DNA of 64,000 nucleotides, taken from NCBI RefSeq assembly GCF_044324875.1, contig NZ_CP172185.1; one strand, given 5' to 3'. The notes below the pieces were generated by a model. It did not search any database. It was not told the DNA's origin and saw only the letters and a list, made by a program, of their open reading frames with translations. Made by a program: the position numbers and the translations under genes. This DNA is from Escherichia coli (lineage in GTDB: Bacteria > Pseudomonadota > Gammaproteobacteria > Enterobacterales > Enterobacteriaceae). Positions 16,711 to 29,761 of the stretch are shown here, one piece after another; the first letter of the stretch is position 1; the number at the start of each line of letters is the position of its first letter.

Positions 16711-17295
16711 ATGAATGTTAATAAAAAGAGGCTTGCCGAAATTTTTAACGTGGACCCGCGGACGATTGAACGCTGGCAGTCACAGGGGCTTCCTTGCGTC
16801 TCCAAAGGCAGTAAGGGCATTGAATCTGTATTTGATACTGCCATGGCAATTCAGTGGTATGCGCGGAGGGAAACTGATATCGAAAACGAAAAGCTCCGCA
16901 AAGAACTGGACGATTTGCGTGCGGCAGCGGAGTCAGATTTACAACCCGGCACCATTGACTATGAACGCTATCGGCTCACAAAAGCGCAGGCAGATGCGCA
17001 GGAACTTAAAAACGAGCGCGATCGCGGTGACGTGATTGATACAGAGTTTTGCATGTACGCGCTTTCAAAACTGGCGAGTCAGATTTCATCAATCATGGAC
17101 AGCCTCCCGCTTACTATGCAAAGGAGCTTCCCACAGATGACCCCCGCCATGCTGGATGGCCTGAAAAAAGAAGTTGTCAGAGCCTGTAACGCATGCACAA
17201 AACTTGATGAAAACATCCCGCGAATGCTGTCCGATTATCTGATGGAAACTACCGGAAATGTGCCTGATAAGTTTCAGCCGGATAAAGACAAGTAA
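16711..17295 (+). CDS. terminase small subunit, lambda Nu1 family
   Basis: [28 protein letters not shown]... vs lambda MEVNKKQLADIFGASIRTIQNWQEQGMP. A long conserved block is shared: IENEKLR...[26 protein letters not shown]. 194 aa vs 181 in lambda. Confidence 0.9.
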   Translation: MNVNKKRLAEIFNVDPRTIERWQSQGLPCVSKGSKGIESVFDTAMAIQWYARRETDIENEKLRKELDDLRAAAESDLQPGTIDYERYRLTKAQADAQELKNERDRGDVIDTEFCMYALSKLASQISSIMDSLPLTMQRSFPQMTPAMLDGLKKEVVRACNACTKLDENIPRMLSDYLMETTGNVPDKFQPDKDK

Positions 17296-17313
17296 CGTAG
17301 TGCACAATGACCG

Positions 17314-17336
17314 AAGCCAGTTTACTGACTGGCTTT
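17314..17336 (+). terminator. hairpin after the Nu1-like gene
   Basis: AAGCCAGT-TTACTG-ACTGGCTT followed by T. The U-tract is short. Confidence 0.4.
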
Positions 17337-17635
17337 CAGCGTTGCGCTGGTGGGCGTTATGCGTCAGTGATAAACGTCTCCAATATTACTGATATTCGAC
17401 ATCCCCACCTCTCCACACCAGCTCGAATATCATTTTTCTCATTAAAAACAGGACATTAAAAACTGGTCAGATGTCCCATAAAAAGCCAAATGGGACAGGT
17501 CAAAAGCTTTTTTTGCAGTAATTTTCAATAGGTTACTTGATGTGGTGGTGTCCCATGAAAATTCAAAAATCAGCCGTTTTCCGCGATGCTCCCGCCCCGT
17601 GGCAGGGCACCCCACAAGGAGGACCCGCCATCACT

Positions 17636-17935
17636 ATGGAGGACATGACCATGACCGAGACCGAAGCGCTCGGGATAATCCGCAGTATTACCGGAATCAG
17701 CCAGCAGGCTGGCGAACAGGAGGCCACGCAGCCGGACAGCGTGATCGCCGAAAATTACGTGCGTGTTGTTGCTGATGTAATGCGCCGTGATGGTATTGAG
17801 CTTAACGGCGTGGATATGCGCGACATACGAATCAGAGTACTAGAGTTGCTGGCATACCGTCGACGCGTGGCGATGTATCAGGAGAGCGCGAAAAACACTT
17901 ATCAGTGGAAGAAGCCGGAGCGGTTACGGCGGTAA
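17636..17935 (+). CDS. hypothetical protein (accessory position between packaging gene and attR)
   Basis: About 99 aa from ATG 17636, with AAGGAGG 13 nt upstream. The longest ORF starts at 17537. No family was recognised. Confidence 0.4.
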   Translation: MEDMTMTETEALGIIRSITGISQQAGEQEATQPDSVIAENYVRVVADVMRRDGIELNGVDMRDIRIRVLELLAYRRRVAMYQESAKNTYQWKKPERLRR

Positions 17936-17937
17936 CT

Positions 17938-18510
17938 GGTTGATATTTTCGAAATTCGCCAGCGGCGAACATCGGGGAAACCAGCCTAACCAGTTGATTC
18001 TTTCGGAAACAGCCATTGGCGGAATCCGGCGCGGTAACTTGCTGATATTCCCGATAACGCAAAATTGCGCTGGCTACATCCCTCACATCTGAGGACTGAT
18101 AATGCGACATTGCGCTGGCTGGCAAAGTGCAAAATTGCACGATGGCCTAACCCATTGATTATTTCGAAAACCTGCAATGCAGGAAATCGGGGAAGTAAGC
18201 CTAAGCTATTGATTCTTTCGGAAACCTCAATTTGAGGAAGTCGGCGCGGTAACTCGCTGAACTTAAAGCAAACCTCAAAATTGAGCTGGCTGAATAATCA
18301 TTATGATTACGCAGATGATTAAGGAATGACCGAAGGCGGAAATTCGCCTGTGGTTGATGGGGGAGTTGCAGATCTGCAACTCGACCATGAAACTACGGAA
18401 ACTACCCGTAGTTTGGGTAGTAAGAGTAACACCCAGATTTTGGGACTTACTCGTGATACCCAAATTTGGAGTATCGGTGGCAACCATAACGACTTTCGTT
18501 ACGGTTGATG
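17938..18510. repeat. non-coding array of about 15 short palindromes/hairpins embedded in a duplicated scaffold
   Basis: Two homologous units (about 17941-18076 and 18155-18292) share flanks such as TTGATTCTTTCGGAAAC and CGGCGCGGTAACT. They carry different palindromes at the same three positions. Further palindromes continue to a 12-bp-stem hairpin at 18481-18507. Confidence 0.7.
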
Positions 18511-18720
18511 CTTTTACCCCATTGGGGGAAAGGTATTACGATAATCATAACACCTACCGAACAGGTAAAGCCCACCAGCCTGATTGACATTTAACCGGAA
18601 AAAAAGCCAGGTAGCCCCGTTATGTGGATCCCCATATCGACAGCAACGCCCCCTTAAAATTACCCGCCTTTATATTTCTTGTGCCTATTTGTTCCACGTT
18701 GTTTCATACAGTGCGCCGAA

Positions 18721-18746
18721 CGGTGTAGTTAATGGTGTAGTTAATT
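18721..18746. repeat. attR core: CGGTGTAGTTAATGGTGTAGTTAATT
   Basis: Identical to 7612-7637. Confidence 0.85.
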
Positions 18747-18826
18747 TGCGATTTTTGGCACTTTTGTTTGTGTATATTTTTAATTAAATCAATACATTAA
18801 CTAATATCGGTGATAAAAGGGCATAT

Positions 18827-20287
18827 TTATTCATCTTTCGGCGCAGAATGCTGGCGACCAAAAATCACCTCCATCCGCGCACCGCCCAGCATGCTCTCTC
18901 CGGCGACGATTTTACCCTCATATTGCTCGGTGATTTCGCGGGCTACCGCCAGCCCTACACCTTGCCCAGGGCGTAAAGTATCAACCCGTTGACCACGGTC
19001 GAAAATGACCTCTCGCTTGCTTAATGGAATACCGGGGCCATCATCCTCGACCACAATATAGAGATGCTCGTCGGTTTGCCTTGCAGATATTTCGACAAAC
19101 TCGAGGCAATATTTACAGGCATTATCCAGCACGTTGCCCATCACCTCGACAAAATCGTTCTGCTCACCGACAAAGCTGATCTCTGGCGAAATATCGAGAG
19201 AGATATTGACCCCTTTGCGTTGATACACTTTGTTCAGCGCCGAGGTGAGATTGTCCAGCAGTGGGGCGACCGGATGTAGCTCGCGGCTAAGCAATGTCCC
19301 GCCGCGCATACTGGCACGATGCAGGTAGTAGCCAATTTGCTGTGAAATGCGACTGATTTGCTCCAGCATTACCGGCTCAGCATCACTGACGCTCATCTTC
19401 TCACTACGCAGAGAACGCAGCGTACTTTGCAGCACCGCCAGTGGCGTTTTCAGACTATGGGTCAGGTCGGTGAGCGTTGTACGATATTTGTCGTAACGTT
19501 CGCGTTCACTTTTTAACAATCGGTTCAGGTTTCGTACCAGACTGGTCAGTTCTCGCGTTGTGGCTGGATTGAGCAATTCGCGGTTATGTTCTTCCAGTTC
19601 GCGGACTTCTTTTGCCAGGGCTTCGATGGGGCGTAAACTCCACCTGGCGGCGACCCACAGCAGCGGGATCACTAACAGCAGATTGGCTGAGAGCACATAG
19701 ATAAACCAGCTCCAGACCATATAGGAACTTTTTAGCTCCACCGGAATGGTATCCACCACCACAATGGTCAACTTTGGCATCCGCGATGTTGCCGGGTAGA
19801 CGTTTACCGCCACCGAGTGGGTCATCTCCGCGTCGTCATCATCTTCCCGCACTTCCTGCAACTGTTGCTGTATCGAATGATCTCCACTCAGCAAGAGGCT
19901 GGTATCGTTAACATCCGCTTCAATTTCATGAAAACCATTCGATTTCAGCCAGTCAGGCTGGATCATCTTCATCAGCCAGGGCACGTCACGTTGCGCCCAT
20001 AAAAGCTGCCCGTTCTCATCATAAATTAGCGTCATAGTGGGGCTTTGCTTGTCGATATTTTCGGGTAACTCGACATGCAACTTATTGTTTTCCCACTTCG
20101 CAAGGGTATAGAACAGATTGCTCTCGCCACGTAACAGCCGAAACGTAGTTTTATCGAAACTGACGCTATAACCGATCAGCGCGACCATTCCGTAGGCAAG
20201 CGAAAGCACCAGTACAACCGCTGCCGTTGCCAATAGAAAACGTACCCGCAGCGAGAGCGGGAAAAAAAGACGCAGTAATTTTTTCAT
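18827..20287 (-). CDS. phoQ: sensor histidine kinase PhoQ
   Basis: 486 aa, recognisable as the PhoQ sequence. H-box [10 protein letters not shown] and a C-terminal ATPase domain. Confidence 0.95.
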   Translation of the reverse strand: MKKLLRLFFPLSLRVRFLLATAAVVLVLSLAYGMVALIGYSVSFDKTTFRLLRGESNLFYTLAKWENNKLHVELPENIDKQSPTMTLIYDENGQLLWAQRDVPWLMKMIQPDWLKSNGFHEIEADVNDTSLLLSGDHSIQQQLQEVREDDDDAEMTHSVAVNVYPATSRMPKLTIVVVDTIPVELKSSYMVWSWFIYVLSANLLLVIPLLWVAARWSLRPIEALAKEVRELEEHNRELLNPATTRELTSLVRNLNRLLKSERERYDKYRTTLTDLTHSLKTPLAVLQSTLRSLRSEKMSVSDAEPVMLEQISRISQQIGYYLHRASMRGGTLLSRELHPVAPLLDNLTSALNKVYQRKGVNISLDISPEISFVGEQNDFVEVMGNVLDNACKYCLEFVEISARQTDEHLYIVVEDDGPGIPLSKREVIFDRGQRVDTLRPGQGVGLAVAREITEQYEGKIVAGESMLGGARMEVIFGRQHSAPKDE

Positions 20288-20958
20288 CAGCGCAATTCGA
20301 ACAGATAGCCCTGGCCGCGAACGGTGGTAATCACTTCTTGCGGATATTGTGCCTGAATTTTTTTGCGCAGACGTCCCATCAGTACATCAATGGTATGGCT
20401 TTCCCGCAGCTCCGCATCCGGATAGAGTTGTAGCATTAACGAATCTTTGCTGACCACTTTGCCATTATTGCGTATCAACGTTTCCATAATGGTGTATTCG
20501 AACGCGGTCAGTTTAATCACTTCGTCATTAATAGATAATTCACGGCGGGAGAGATCAACCTGAAACGGGGGTAGCGAAATGACCTGTGAGGCCAGACCGC
20601 TATTACGCCGCATTAATGCCTGCATTCGCGCCATCACCTCTTCAATATGAAACGGTTTAGTCACGTAATCATCAGCACCGGCACTTAATACTTCGACTTT
20701 GTCCTGCCAGCTTTCACGGGCGGTTAATACCAGAATCGGCAGTGAAACATCATTGCTACGCCAGCGGCGAATCAGTGACAGACCGTCCTCGTCAGGCAAA
20801 CCGAGATCGACAATCGCAATATCCGGTAAATGTTCATTGAGATAATAATCGGCTTCTTTGGCATCTTCTGCGTCATCGACCTGATGACCAGCATCCTGAA
20901 TCTGAACTTTAAGATGGTGACGTAACAACGCATTGTCTTCAACAACCAGTACGCGCAT
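20287..20958 (-). CDS. phoP: response regulator PhoP
   Basis: 223 aa OmpR-family regulator, [40 protein letters not shown]. Its stop overlaps the phoQ start. Confidence 0.95.
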   Translation of the reverse strand: MRVLVVEDNALLRHHLKVQIQDAGHQVDDAEDAKEADYYLNEHLPDIAIVDLGLPDEDGLSLIRRWRSNDVSLPILVLTARESWQDKVEVLSAGADDYVTKPFHIEEVMARMQALMRRNSGLASQVISLPPFQVDLSRRELSINDEVIKLTAFEYTIMETLIRNNGKVVSKDSLMLQLYPDAELRESHTIDVLMGRLRKKIQAQYPQEVITTVRGQGYLFELR

Positions 20959-21019
20959 TTTTTATTTCTCCCTGTCTTAATTATTAAAATAGTGTAACGC
21001 GATTATGTGGTTATGGGGG

Positions 21020-21036
21020 TAAACATTAAATAAACC
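21020..21036 (-). promoter_or_regulatory. PhoP box of the autoregulated phoPQ promoter
   Basis: The minus strand reads GGTTTATTTAATGTTTA, i.e. the direct repeat (G/T)GTTTA-N5-(G/T)GTTTA, about 60 nt upstream of the phoP ATG. Confidence 0.75.
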
Positions 21037-21127
21037 AGCGGGGAGGGGAGGTAAAGTGAAAAAATAAAAAGTGGATAATCTTAATAAGCAGGCCGGACAG
21101 CATCGCCATCCGGCACTGATTTGAGGC

Positions 21128-22501
<1,374 letters not shown>

Positions 22502-23143
22502 TCACAACTCCGGGGTTAAATGAGCAAGAATTTGTTTTGCCTGAGTGGTCAGGCGATTACGAGAAAACATCAGTTGCAGACGTCCGCCGCCGACCTGGTG
22601 CCAGAGCACGGCGGCGCGAATGCCTGCCAGCAGGGTAGCGCGAACTTTCGCCTGCACCTGTGGGCTTTGCAGTACAGCAGGGGAACCGGTGACCTGAATG
22701 CGCGGGCCAAGCGGGCTGATAACATCAACATAGATAGCAGCCATCGCGCTCATCAGCGTTTCGGACTGTAAATCGAAGTGTTCGAGCTGTCGTTGCAGGC
22801 CGTTGATCCGGTTGCCCAGAGTGTCGAGCGCGCCTTTCGCTGAGGAAAGTTTGCGCTCAAGCACCATCAGGCTGAGTGTGTAGCGGGTTAATTCGGCGTT
22901 TAAGCCCTGGCGACTGCTGGCATTGAGCACGCCGAGCAAGGTTTCCAGCCCGACGCGCAGGTTGGCTTCGCTACCGCCAAAAACCGCCAGCGTCGAGCTG
23001 GGGTTCATATCAATAATACTGTTGAGTGAGACGTGTAGCGCATCGGCATCACAATGCCCCTGGTGAGCGAGTTGTTGCACCAGGCGTGCCGACTGACAAA
23101 TACCGGCCAGGGCGAGGGTGATGTCATAGTAATTCTTTGCCAC
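22502..23143 (-). CDS. hflD: lysogenization regulator HflD (GTG start)
   Basis: (M)[28 protein letters not shown] matches HflD/YcfC. Confidence 0.9.
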   Translation of the reverse strand: MAKNYYDITLALAGICQSARLVQQLAHQGHCDADALHVSLNSIIDMNPSSTLAVFGGSEANLRVGLETLLGVLNASSRQGLNAELTRYTLSLMVLERKLSSAKGALDTLGNRINGLQRQLEHFDLQSETLMSAMAAIYVDVISPLGPRIQVTGSPAVLQSPQVQAKVRATLLAGIRAAVLWHQVGGGRLQLMFSRNRLTTQAKQILAHLTPEL

Positions 23144-23178
23144 GTTCACTGCTTCCTTGTTTTAAGTAAAGATAATAA

Positions 23179-24800
<1,622 letters not shown>

Positions 24801-24809
24801 TTTGCATCC

Positions 24810-25463
24810 TTAATCTGTCACTTCTCGCCATTCGCCATTGGCAAGATTATCCAAAGAGTAATCACCCATCGCATAGCGAATCAGTCGCAGCGTGGGGAAA
24901 CCAACATGGGCGGTCATACGACGCACCTGGCGATTACGTCCTTCATATAAGGTGATCTTCAGCCAGCTGGTGGGAATACTTTTGCGTTCACGAATTGGTG
25001 GATTCCGCGGCCATAACCACGCGGGTTCTTCAACCAGCTCCGCGCCTGCGGGCAGGGTAGGGCCATCATTTAAGGTTACGCCATTGCGCAAGGCTTCAAG
25101 TGCGTCTTGTGTGGGAATACCTTCCACCTGCACATAATAGATTTTTCCGGTGCGTTTACCCGGCTGGGTTAAACGCGCCTGCAACGCGCCGTTATTGGTC
25201 AGCACCAGTAACCCTTCGCTATCGCGGTCAAGACGACCTGCTGCATAAACGCCCTGAACCGGGATGAATTCTTTTAATGTTTTGCGTCCGGCTTCATCGG
25301 TGAACTGCGGAAGAACATCGTAGGGTTTATTGAACAGGATCACACGCGTGGGCTGGTTTTCAGGTTTACGCCTGGTAGAACGTTGCGAGCTGAATCGCTT
25401 AACCTGGTGATTTCTAAAAGAAGTTTTTTGCATGGTATTTTCAGAGATTATGAATTGCCGCAT
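24810..25463 (-). CDS. rluE: 23S rRNA pseudouridine(2457) synthase RluE
   Basis: 217 aa. RsuA/RluE family motif [17 protein letters not shown]. Confidence 0.9.
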   Translation of the reverse strand: MRQFIISENTMQKTSFRNHQVKRFSSQRSTRRKPENQPTRVILFNKPYDVLPQFTDEAGRKTLKEFIPVQGVYAAGRLDRDSEGLLVLTNNGALQARLTQPGKRTGKIYYVQVEGIPTQDALEALRNGVTLNDGPTLPAGAELVEEPAWLWPRNPPIRERKSIPTSWLKITLYEGRNRQVRRMTAHVGFPTLRLIRYAMGDYSLDNLANGEWREVTD

Positions 25464-25640
25464 TATAGCCTAATAACGCGCATCTTTCATGACGGCAAAC
25501 AATAGGGTAGTATTGACAAGCCAATTACAAATCATTAACAAAAAATTGCTCTAAAGCATCCGTATCGCAGGACGCAAATGCATATGCATATGCAACGTGG
25601 TGGCAGACGAGCAAACCAGTAGCGCTCGAAGGAGAGGTGA

Positions 25641-26891
25641 ATGGAAAGTAAAGTAGTTGTTCCGGCACAAGGCAAGAAGATCACCCTGCAAAACGGCAAA
25701 CTCAACGTTCCTGAAAATCCGATTATCCCTTACATTGAAGGTGATGGAATCGGTGTAGATGTAACCCCAGCCATGCTGAAAGTGGTCGACGCTGCAGTCG
25801 AGAAAGCCTATAAAGGCGAGCGTAAAATCTCCTGGATGGAAATTTACACCGGTGAAAAATCCACACAGGTTTATGGTCAGGATGTCTGGCTACCTGCTGA
25901 AACCCTTGATCTGATTCGTGAATATCGCGTTGCCATCAAAGGCCCGCTGACCACTCCGGTTGGTGGCGGTATTCGCTCTCTGAACGTTGCCCTGCGCCAG
26001 GAGCTGGATCTCTATATCTGCCTGCGTCCGGTACGTTACTACCAGGGCACCCCAAGCCCGGTTAAACACCCTGAACTGACCGATATGGTTATCTTCCGTG
26101 AAAACTCGGAAGACATTTATGCGGGTATCGAATGGAAAGCAGACTCTGCCGACGCTGAGAAAGTGATTAAATTCCTGCGTGAAGAGATGGGCGTGAAGAA
26201 AATTCGCTTCCCGGAACATTGCGGCATCGGTATTAAGCCGTGTTCTGAAGAAGGCACCAAACGTCTGGTTCGTGCAGCGATCGAATACGCAATTGCTAAC
26301 GATCGTGACTCTGTGACCCTGGTGCACAAAGGCAACATCATGAAATTCACCGAAGGCGCGTTTAAAGACTGGGGCTACCAGCTGGCGCGTGAAGAGTTTG
26401 GCGGTGAACTGATCGACGGCGGCCCGTGGCTGAAAGTTAAAAACCCGAATACCGGCAAAGAGATCGTCATTAAAGACGTGATTGCTGATGCATTCCTGCA
26501 ACAGATCCTGCTGCGTCCGGCTGAATATGACGTTATCGCCTGTATGAACCTGAACGGTGACTACATTTCTGACGCCCTGGCAGCGCAGGTTGGCGGTATC
26601 GGTATCGCCCCTGGCGCAAACATCGGTGATGAATGCGCCCTGTTTGAAGCCACCCACGGTACTGCGCCGAAATATGCCGGTCAGGACAAAGTAAACCCAG
26701 GCTCTATTATTCTCTCCGCTGAGATGATGTTACGCCATATGGGTTGGACTGAAGCCGCAGACCTGATTGTTAAAGGTATGGAAGGCGCGATCAACGCGAA
26801 GACTGTAACCTATGACTTCGAACGTCTGATGGAAGGCGCTAAACTGCTGAAATGTTCAGAGTTTGGTGATGCGATCATCAAGAACATGTAA
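25641..26891 (+). CDS. icd: NADP-dependent isocitrate dehydrogenase (intact, no e14 junction)
   Basis: 416 aa, [38 protein letters not shown]. Confidence 0.95.
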   Translation: MESKVVVPAQGKKITLQNGKLNVPENPIIPYIEGDGIGVDVTPAMLKVVDAAVEKAYKGERKISWMEIYTGEKSTQVYGQDVWLPAETLDLIREYRVAIKGPLTTPVGGGIRSLNVALRQELDLYICLRPVRYYQGTPSPVKHPELTDMVIFRENSEDIYAGIEWKADSADAEKVIKFLREEMGVKKIRFPEHCGIGIKPCSEEGTKRLVRAAIEYAIANDRDSVTLVHKGNIMKFTEGAFKDWGYQLAREEFGGELIDGGPWLKVKNPNTGKEIVIKDVIADAFLQQILLRPAEYDVIACMNLNGDYISDALAAQVGGIGIAPGANIGDECALFEATHGTAPKYAGQDKVNPGSIILSAEMMLRHMGWTEAADLIVKGMEGAINAKTVTYDFERLMEGAKLLKCSEFGDAIIKNM

Positions 26892-26914
26892 TCACTACAT
26901 GTGTTAAATATTGA

Positions 26915-26945
26915 AACGGGCGTATAACACGCCCGTTGTTTTATT
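26915..26945 (+). terminator. icd intrinsic terminator
   Basis: AACGGGCG-TATAACA-CGCCCGTT followed by GTTTTATTT. Confidence 0.8.
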
Positions 26946-26993
26946 TATGTGGATATTATTAATAGCATGTCGAGCATATTTATATGAAGCCCA

Positions 26994-27317
26994 TTACTTG
27001 AGTCCATATGGGCATATTTTTATAATACAACTATTATGCAAACATTTATTTGGTATTTCGCTTTCTCCTGGAGGACACTCTTGACTGCTTTTGAGTAAAC
27101 TCCATAAATCCTTGTTGAATGGTGTTATGTTATAAATAGTAATAGGGTATTCTTTATCCTTAAAGATAATACCAGACTTAACCGGTGTAAATATACTTCC
27201 AGGAGGGAGAAATATAGTAGATTGATACCAGATGATCATTTTCATATCACCCCATATGGCTGAAAAAGATATGCCGCATGTAGGTTGAATTACCGTGTCA
27301 ATTACTATCCACTTCAT
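26994..27317 (-). CDS. iraM: anti-adaptor protein IraM (RssB inhibitor)
   Basis: 107 aa, [40 protein letters not shown] matches IraM/YcgW. The gene is AT-rich. Confidence 0.9.
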   Translation of the reverse strand: MKWIVIDTVIQPTCGISFSAIWGDMKMIIWYQSTIFLPPGSIFTPVKSGIIFKDKEYPITIYNITPFNKDLWSLLKSSQECPPGESEIPNKCLHNSCIIKICPYGLK

Positions 27318-27896
27318 TTGTTATGTCTTATCCCACGGTATTTAATATGGTTCATTAGGATGTTTATTTCTTGATTTTGCATATGAGTATATTACCCCCT
27401 CAAAAAACAAATTAATTAAAAATTAAAACCATTGTTTAGATAAAACAAAATTTAAAGCAAGAAATCTCAATAGATATTAAACAAAATGAGATTTAGTGAA
27501 AACATTAAATTATTCACTTCGTTTTAGATTTGTTTAGCTAAAATGTTATACATTCAAATGACTGAACATCCTGTAATTAAAACATAGCCTTTATACTACT
27601 TTGTGCCAATTTGCTAAACATTATGGTTGGCCTTTTATTTAACGATAATGACGAATATAAGCATAACATGAGAATAAGATTTCAGTTTTTTAGTTATATA
27701 GGAATGGTTTAACCCATTCCTGGCTAAAATACATATAACTGGATGATGACTAAACCAAAACACATGTGCGTTAAGTATTGAAACGGGCGTATGGCACGCC
27801 CGTTGTAGACTGGCCCCCTGAATCTCCAGACAACCAGTATCACTTAAATAAGTGATAGTCTTAATACTAGTTTTTAGACTAGTCATTGGAGAACAG

Positions 27897-28262
27897 ATGA
27901 TTGATGTCTTAGGGCCGGAGAAACGCAGACGGCGTACCACACAGGAAAAGATCGCAATTGTTCAGCAGAGCTTTGAACCGGGGATGACGGTCTCCCTCGT
28001 TGCCCGGCAACATGGTGTAGCAGCCAGCCAGTTATTTCTCTGGCGTAAGCAATACCAGGAAGGAAGTCTTACTGCTGTCGCCGCCGGAGAACAGGTTGTT
28101 CCTGCCTCTGAACTTGCTGCCGCCATGAAGCAGATTAAAGAACTCCAGCGCCTGCTCGGCAAGAAAACGATGGAAAATGAACTCCTCAAAGAAGCCGTTG
28201 AATATGGACGGGCAAAAAAGTGGATAGCGCACGCGCCCTTATTGCCCGGGGATGGGGAGTAA
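27897..28262 (+). CDS. insC: IS2 OrfA (InsC)
   Basis: [53 protein letters not shown]. Confidence 0.95.
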
Positions 28263-29125
28263 GCTTAGTCAGCCGTTGTCTCCGGGTGTCGCGTGCGCAG
28301 TTGCACGTCATTCTCAGACGAACCGATGACTGGATGGATGGCCGCCGCAGTCGTCACACTGATGATACGGATGTGCTTCTCCGTATACACCATGTTATCG
28401 GAGAGCTGCCAACGTATGGTTATCGTCGGGTATGGGCGCTGCTTCGCAGACAGGCAGAACTTGATGGTATGCCTGCGATCAATGCCAAACGTGTTTACCG
28501 GATCATGCGCCAGAATGCGCTGTTGCTTGAGCGAAAACCTGCTGTACCGCCATCGAAACGGGCACATACAGGCAGAGTGGCTGTGAAAGAAAGTAATCAG
28601 CGATGGTGCTCTGACGGGTTCGAGTTCCGCTGTGATAACGGAGAAAAACTGCGAGTCACGTTCGCGCTGGACTGCTGTGACCGTGAGGCACTGCACTGGG
28701 CGGTCACTACGGGCGGCTTCAACAGTGAAACAGTACAGGACGTCATGCTGGGAGCGGTGGAACGCCGCTTCGGCAACGAGCTTCCGGCGTCTCCAGTAGA
28801 GTGGCTGACGGATAATGGTTCATGCTACCGGGCTAATGAAACACGGCAGTTTGCCCGGATGTTGGGGCTTGAACCGAAGAGCACGGCGGTGCGGAGTCCG
28901 GAGAGTAACGGCATAGCAGAGAGCTTCGTGAAAACGATAAAGCGTGACTACATCAGTGTCATGCCCAAACCAGACGGGTTAACGGCAGCAAAGAACCTTG
29001 CAGAGGCGTTCGAGCATTATAACGAATGGCATCCGCATAGTGCACTGGGTTATCGCTCGCCACGGGAATATCTACGGCAGCAAGCCAGTAATGGGTTAAG
29101 TGATAACAGGTGTCTGGAAATATAG
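28220..29125 (+). CDS. insD: IS2 OrfB (InsD, DDE transposase; normally made as an OrfAB fusion by -1 frameshift)
   Basis: 301 aa with an rve integrase core (WCSDGFEF...DNGSCY...ESNGIAES). Confidence 0.95.
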
Positions 29126-29356
29126 GGGCAAATCCACGTTGTTTTTTATAAATATGTTAACCGCTATAAAATAACGTATAGAAAGTCAAGTGATCACATT
29201 TCAAATATCAAGTTGATAGTATTGATCTGGTGATTATTTATGGGTGGCAATAAAAAGATAGTATTACTCATCCATATGAATAGTCTCTGCACTTTTATTT
29301 CCATTATGCTAATGCCTTACTGAATTATGAAGCATTTTTTAAGCGTCCAACTTTAG

Positions 29357-29761
29357 CTAGATTAATGGTTTATTATTTTCTACATCTTCAATATATAAAA
29401 GCGTATTATCAATGGTGTAGTAACTGCGTTTGTTATGATTAACATCAGTAACCCACCGGAAAACGCCCGCGTCTGCCAGTGTTGAACAGTATTCCCGAAA
29501 TGTTGATTTTCCGCAAATATGAAGCAATGCGGCCTCTTTTATTTTAGCAGGGTTCTTGGTCGTACTAACTTTTAACAGGTTCCTGGTTCCTCTTAATAAC
29601 AAAACCGTGTCATCGTGAGTAATAATTCTGATGTTATCCGTAGCCAGATAATAAATGTAATGTGCAATACGGTGATGTTTTAATTCTGAATAAAACCAGG
29701 AGAAGTTTTGCTCTTTTCTCACTTGCTCAAACATCTTTTGAAAAACAACAACCTGATCCAT
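29357..29761 (-). CDS. ycgX: DUF1398-family protein YcgX
   Basis: 134 aa, MDQVVVFQKMFEQVRKEQNFSWFYSELKHHRIAHYIYYLATDN. Confidence 0.85.
   Translation of the reverse strand: MDQVVVFQKMFEQVRKEQNFSWFYSELKHHRIAHYIYYLATDNIRIITHDDTVLLLRGTRNLLKVSTTKNPAKIKEAALLHICGKSTFREYCSTLADAGVFRWVTDVNHNKRSYYTIDNTLLYIEDVENNKPLI

Larger units (their letters stand above)
7612..18746 (+). mobile_element. 11.1-kb integrated phage-satellite-like island (PICI-type layout with lambda-type cos, Nu1, gpE and gpD homologues)
   Basis: Bounded by identical 26-bp direct repeats. It interrupts the roxA-phoQ neighbourhood of K-12. It encodes int, alpA, a rep ATPase with iterons, ssb, capsid, decoration and small terminase proteins. 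Confidence 0.85.
27806..29137 (+). mobile_element. IS2 (IS3 family), complete, with 5-bp target duplication CGTTG
   Basis: Ends TAGACTGGCCCCCTGAATCTCC ... TATAGGGGCAAATCCA. CGTTG occurs at 27801-27805 and 29138-29142. About 1.33 kb, as expected for IS2. Confidence 0.95.

Noticed and set aside
17938-18510. Possibility that the repeat region is a CRISPR array, a type III toxin-antitoxin (ToxI-like) RNA repeat or a retron ncRNA
   Set aside because: There are no constant-length direct repeats separated by unique spacers, and the units are about 140-210 bp with internal dyads. There are no cas genes, no ToxN-like nuclease ORF downstream and no reverse transcriptase in the island.
17832-18787. Several 60-102-aa ORFs on both strands across the palindrome array and attR
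   Set aside because: They overlap one another in different frames, lack ribosome-binding sites and are dominated by the repeat and palindrome sequence. The region is better explained as non-coding.
25890-26657. 255-aa minus-strand ORF inside icd, with similar long antisense ORFs inside dadA (57172-58032), purB (21380-22486), mnmA and cvrA
   Set aside because: They lie fully within well-recognised highly expressed core genes on the opposite strand. They give low-complexity, R/F/N-rich translations typical of shadow ORFs and have no independent signals.
26892-29356. Expectation of the e14 prophage at icd (as in K-12)
   Set aside because: No integrase, lit, pin or mcrA-type genes follow icd. 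icd reads through to a normal stop and terminator. Only iraM and IS2 are present.
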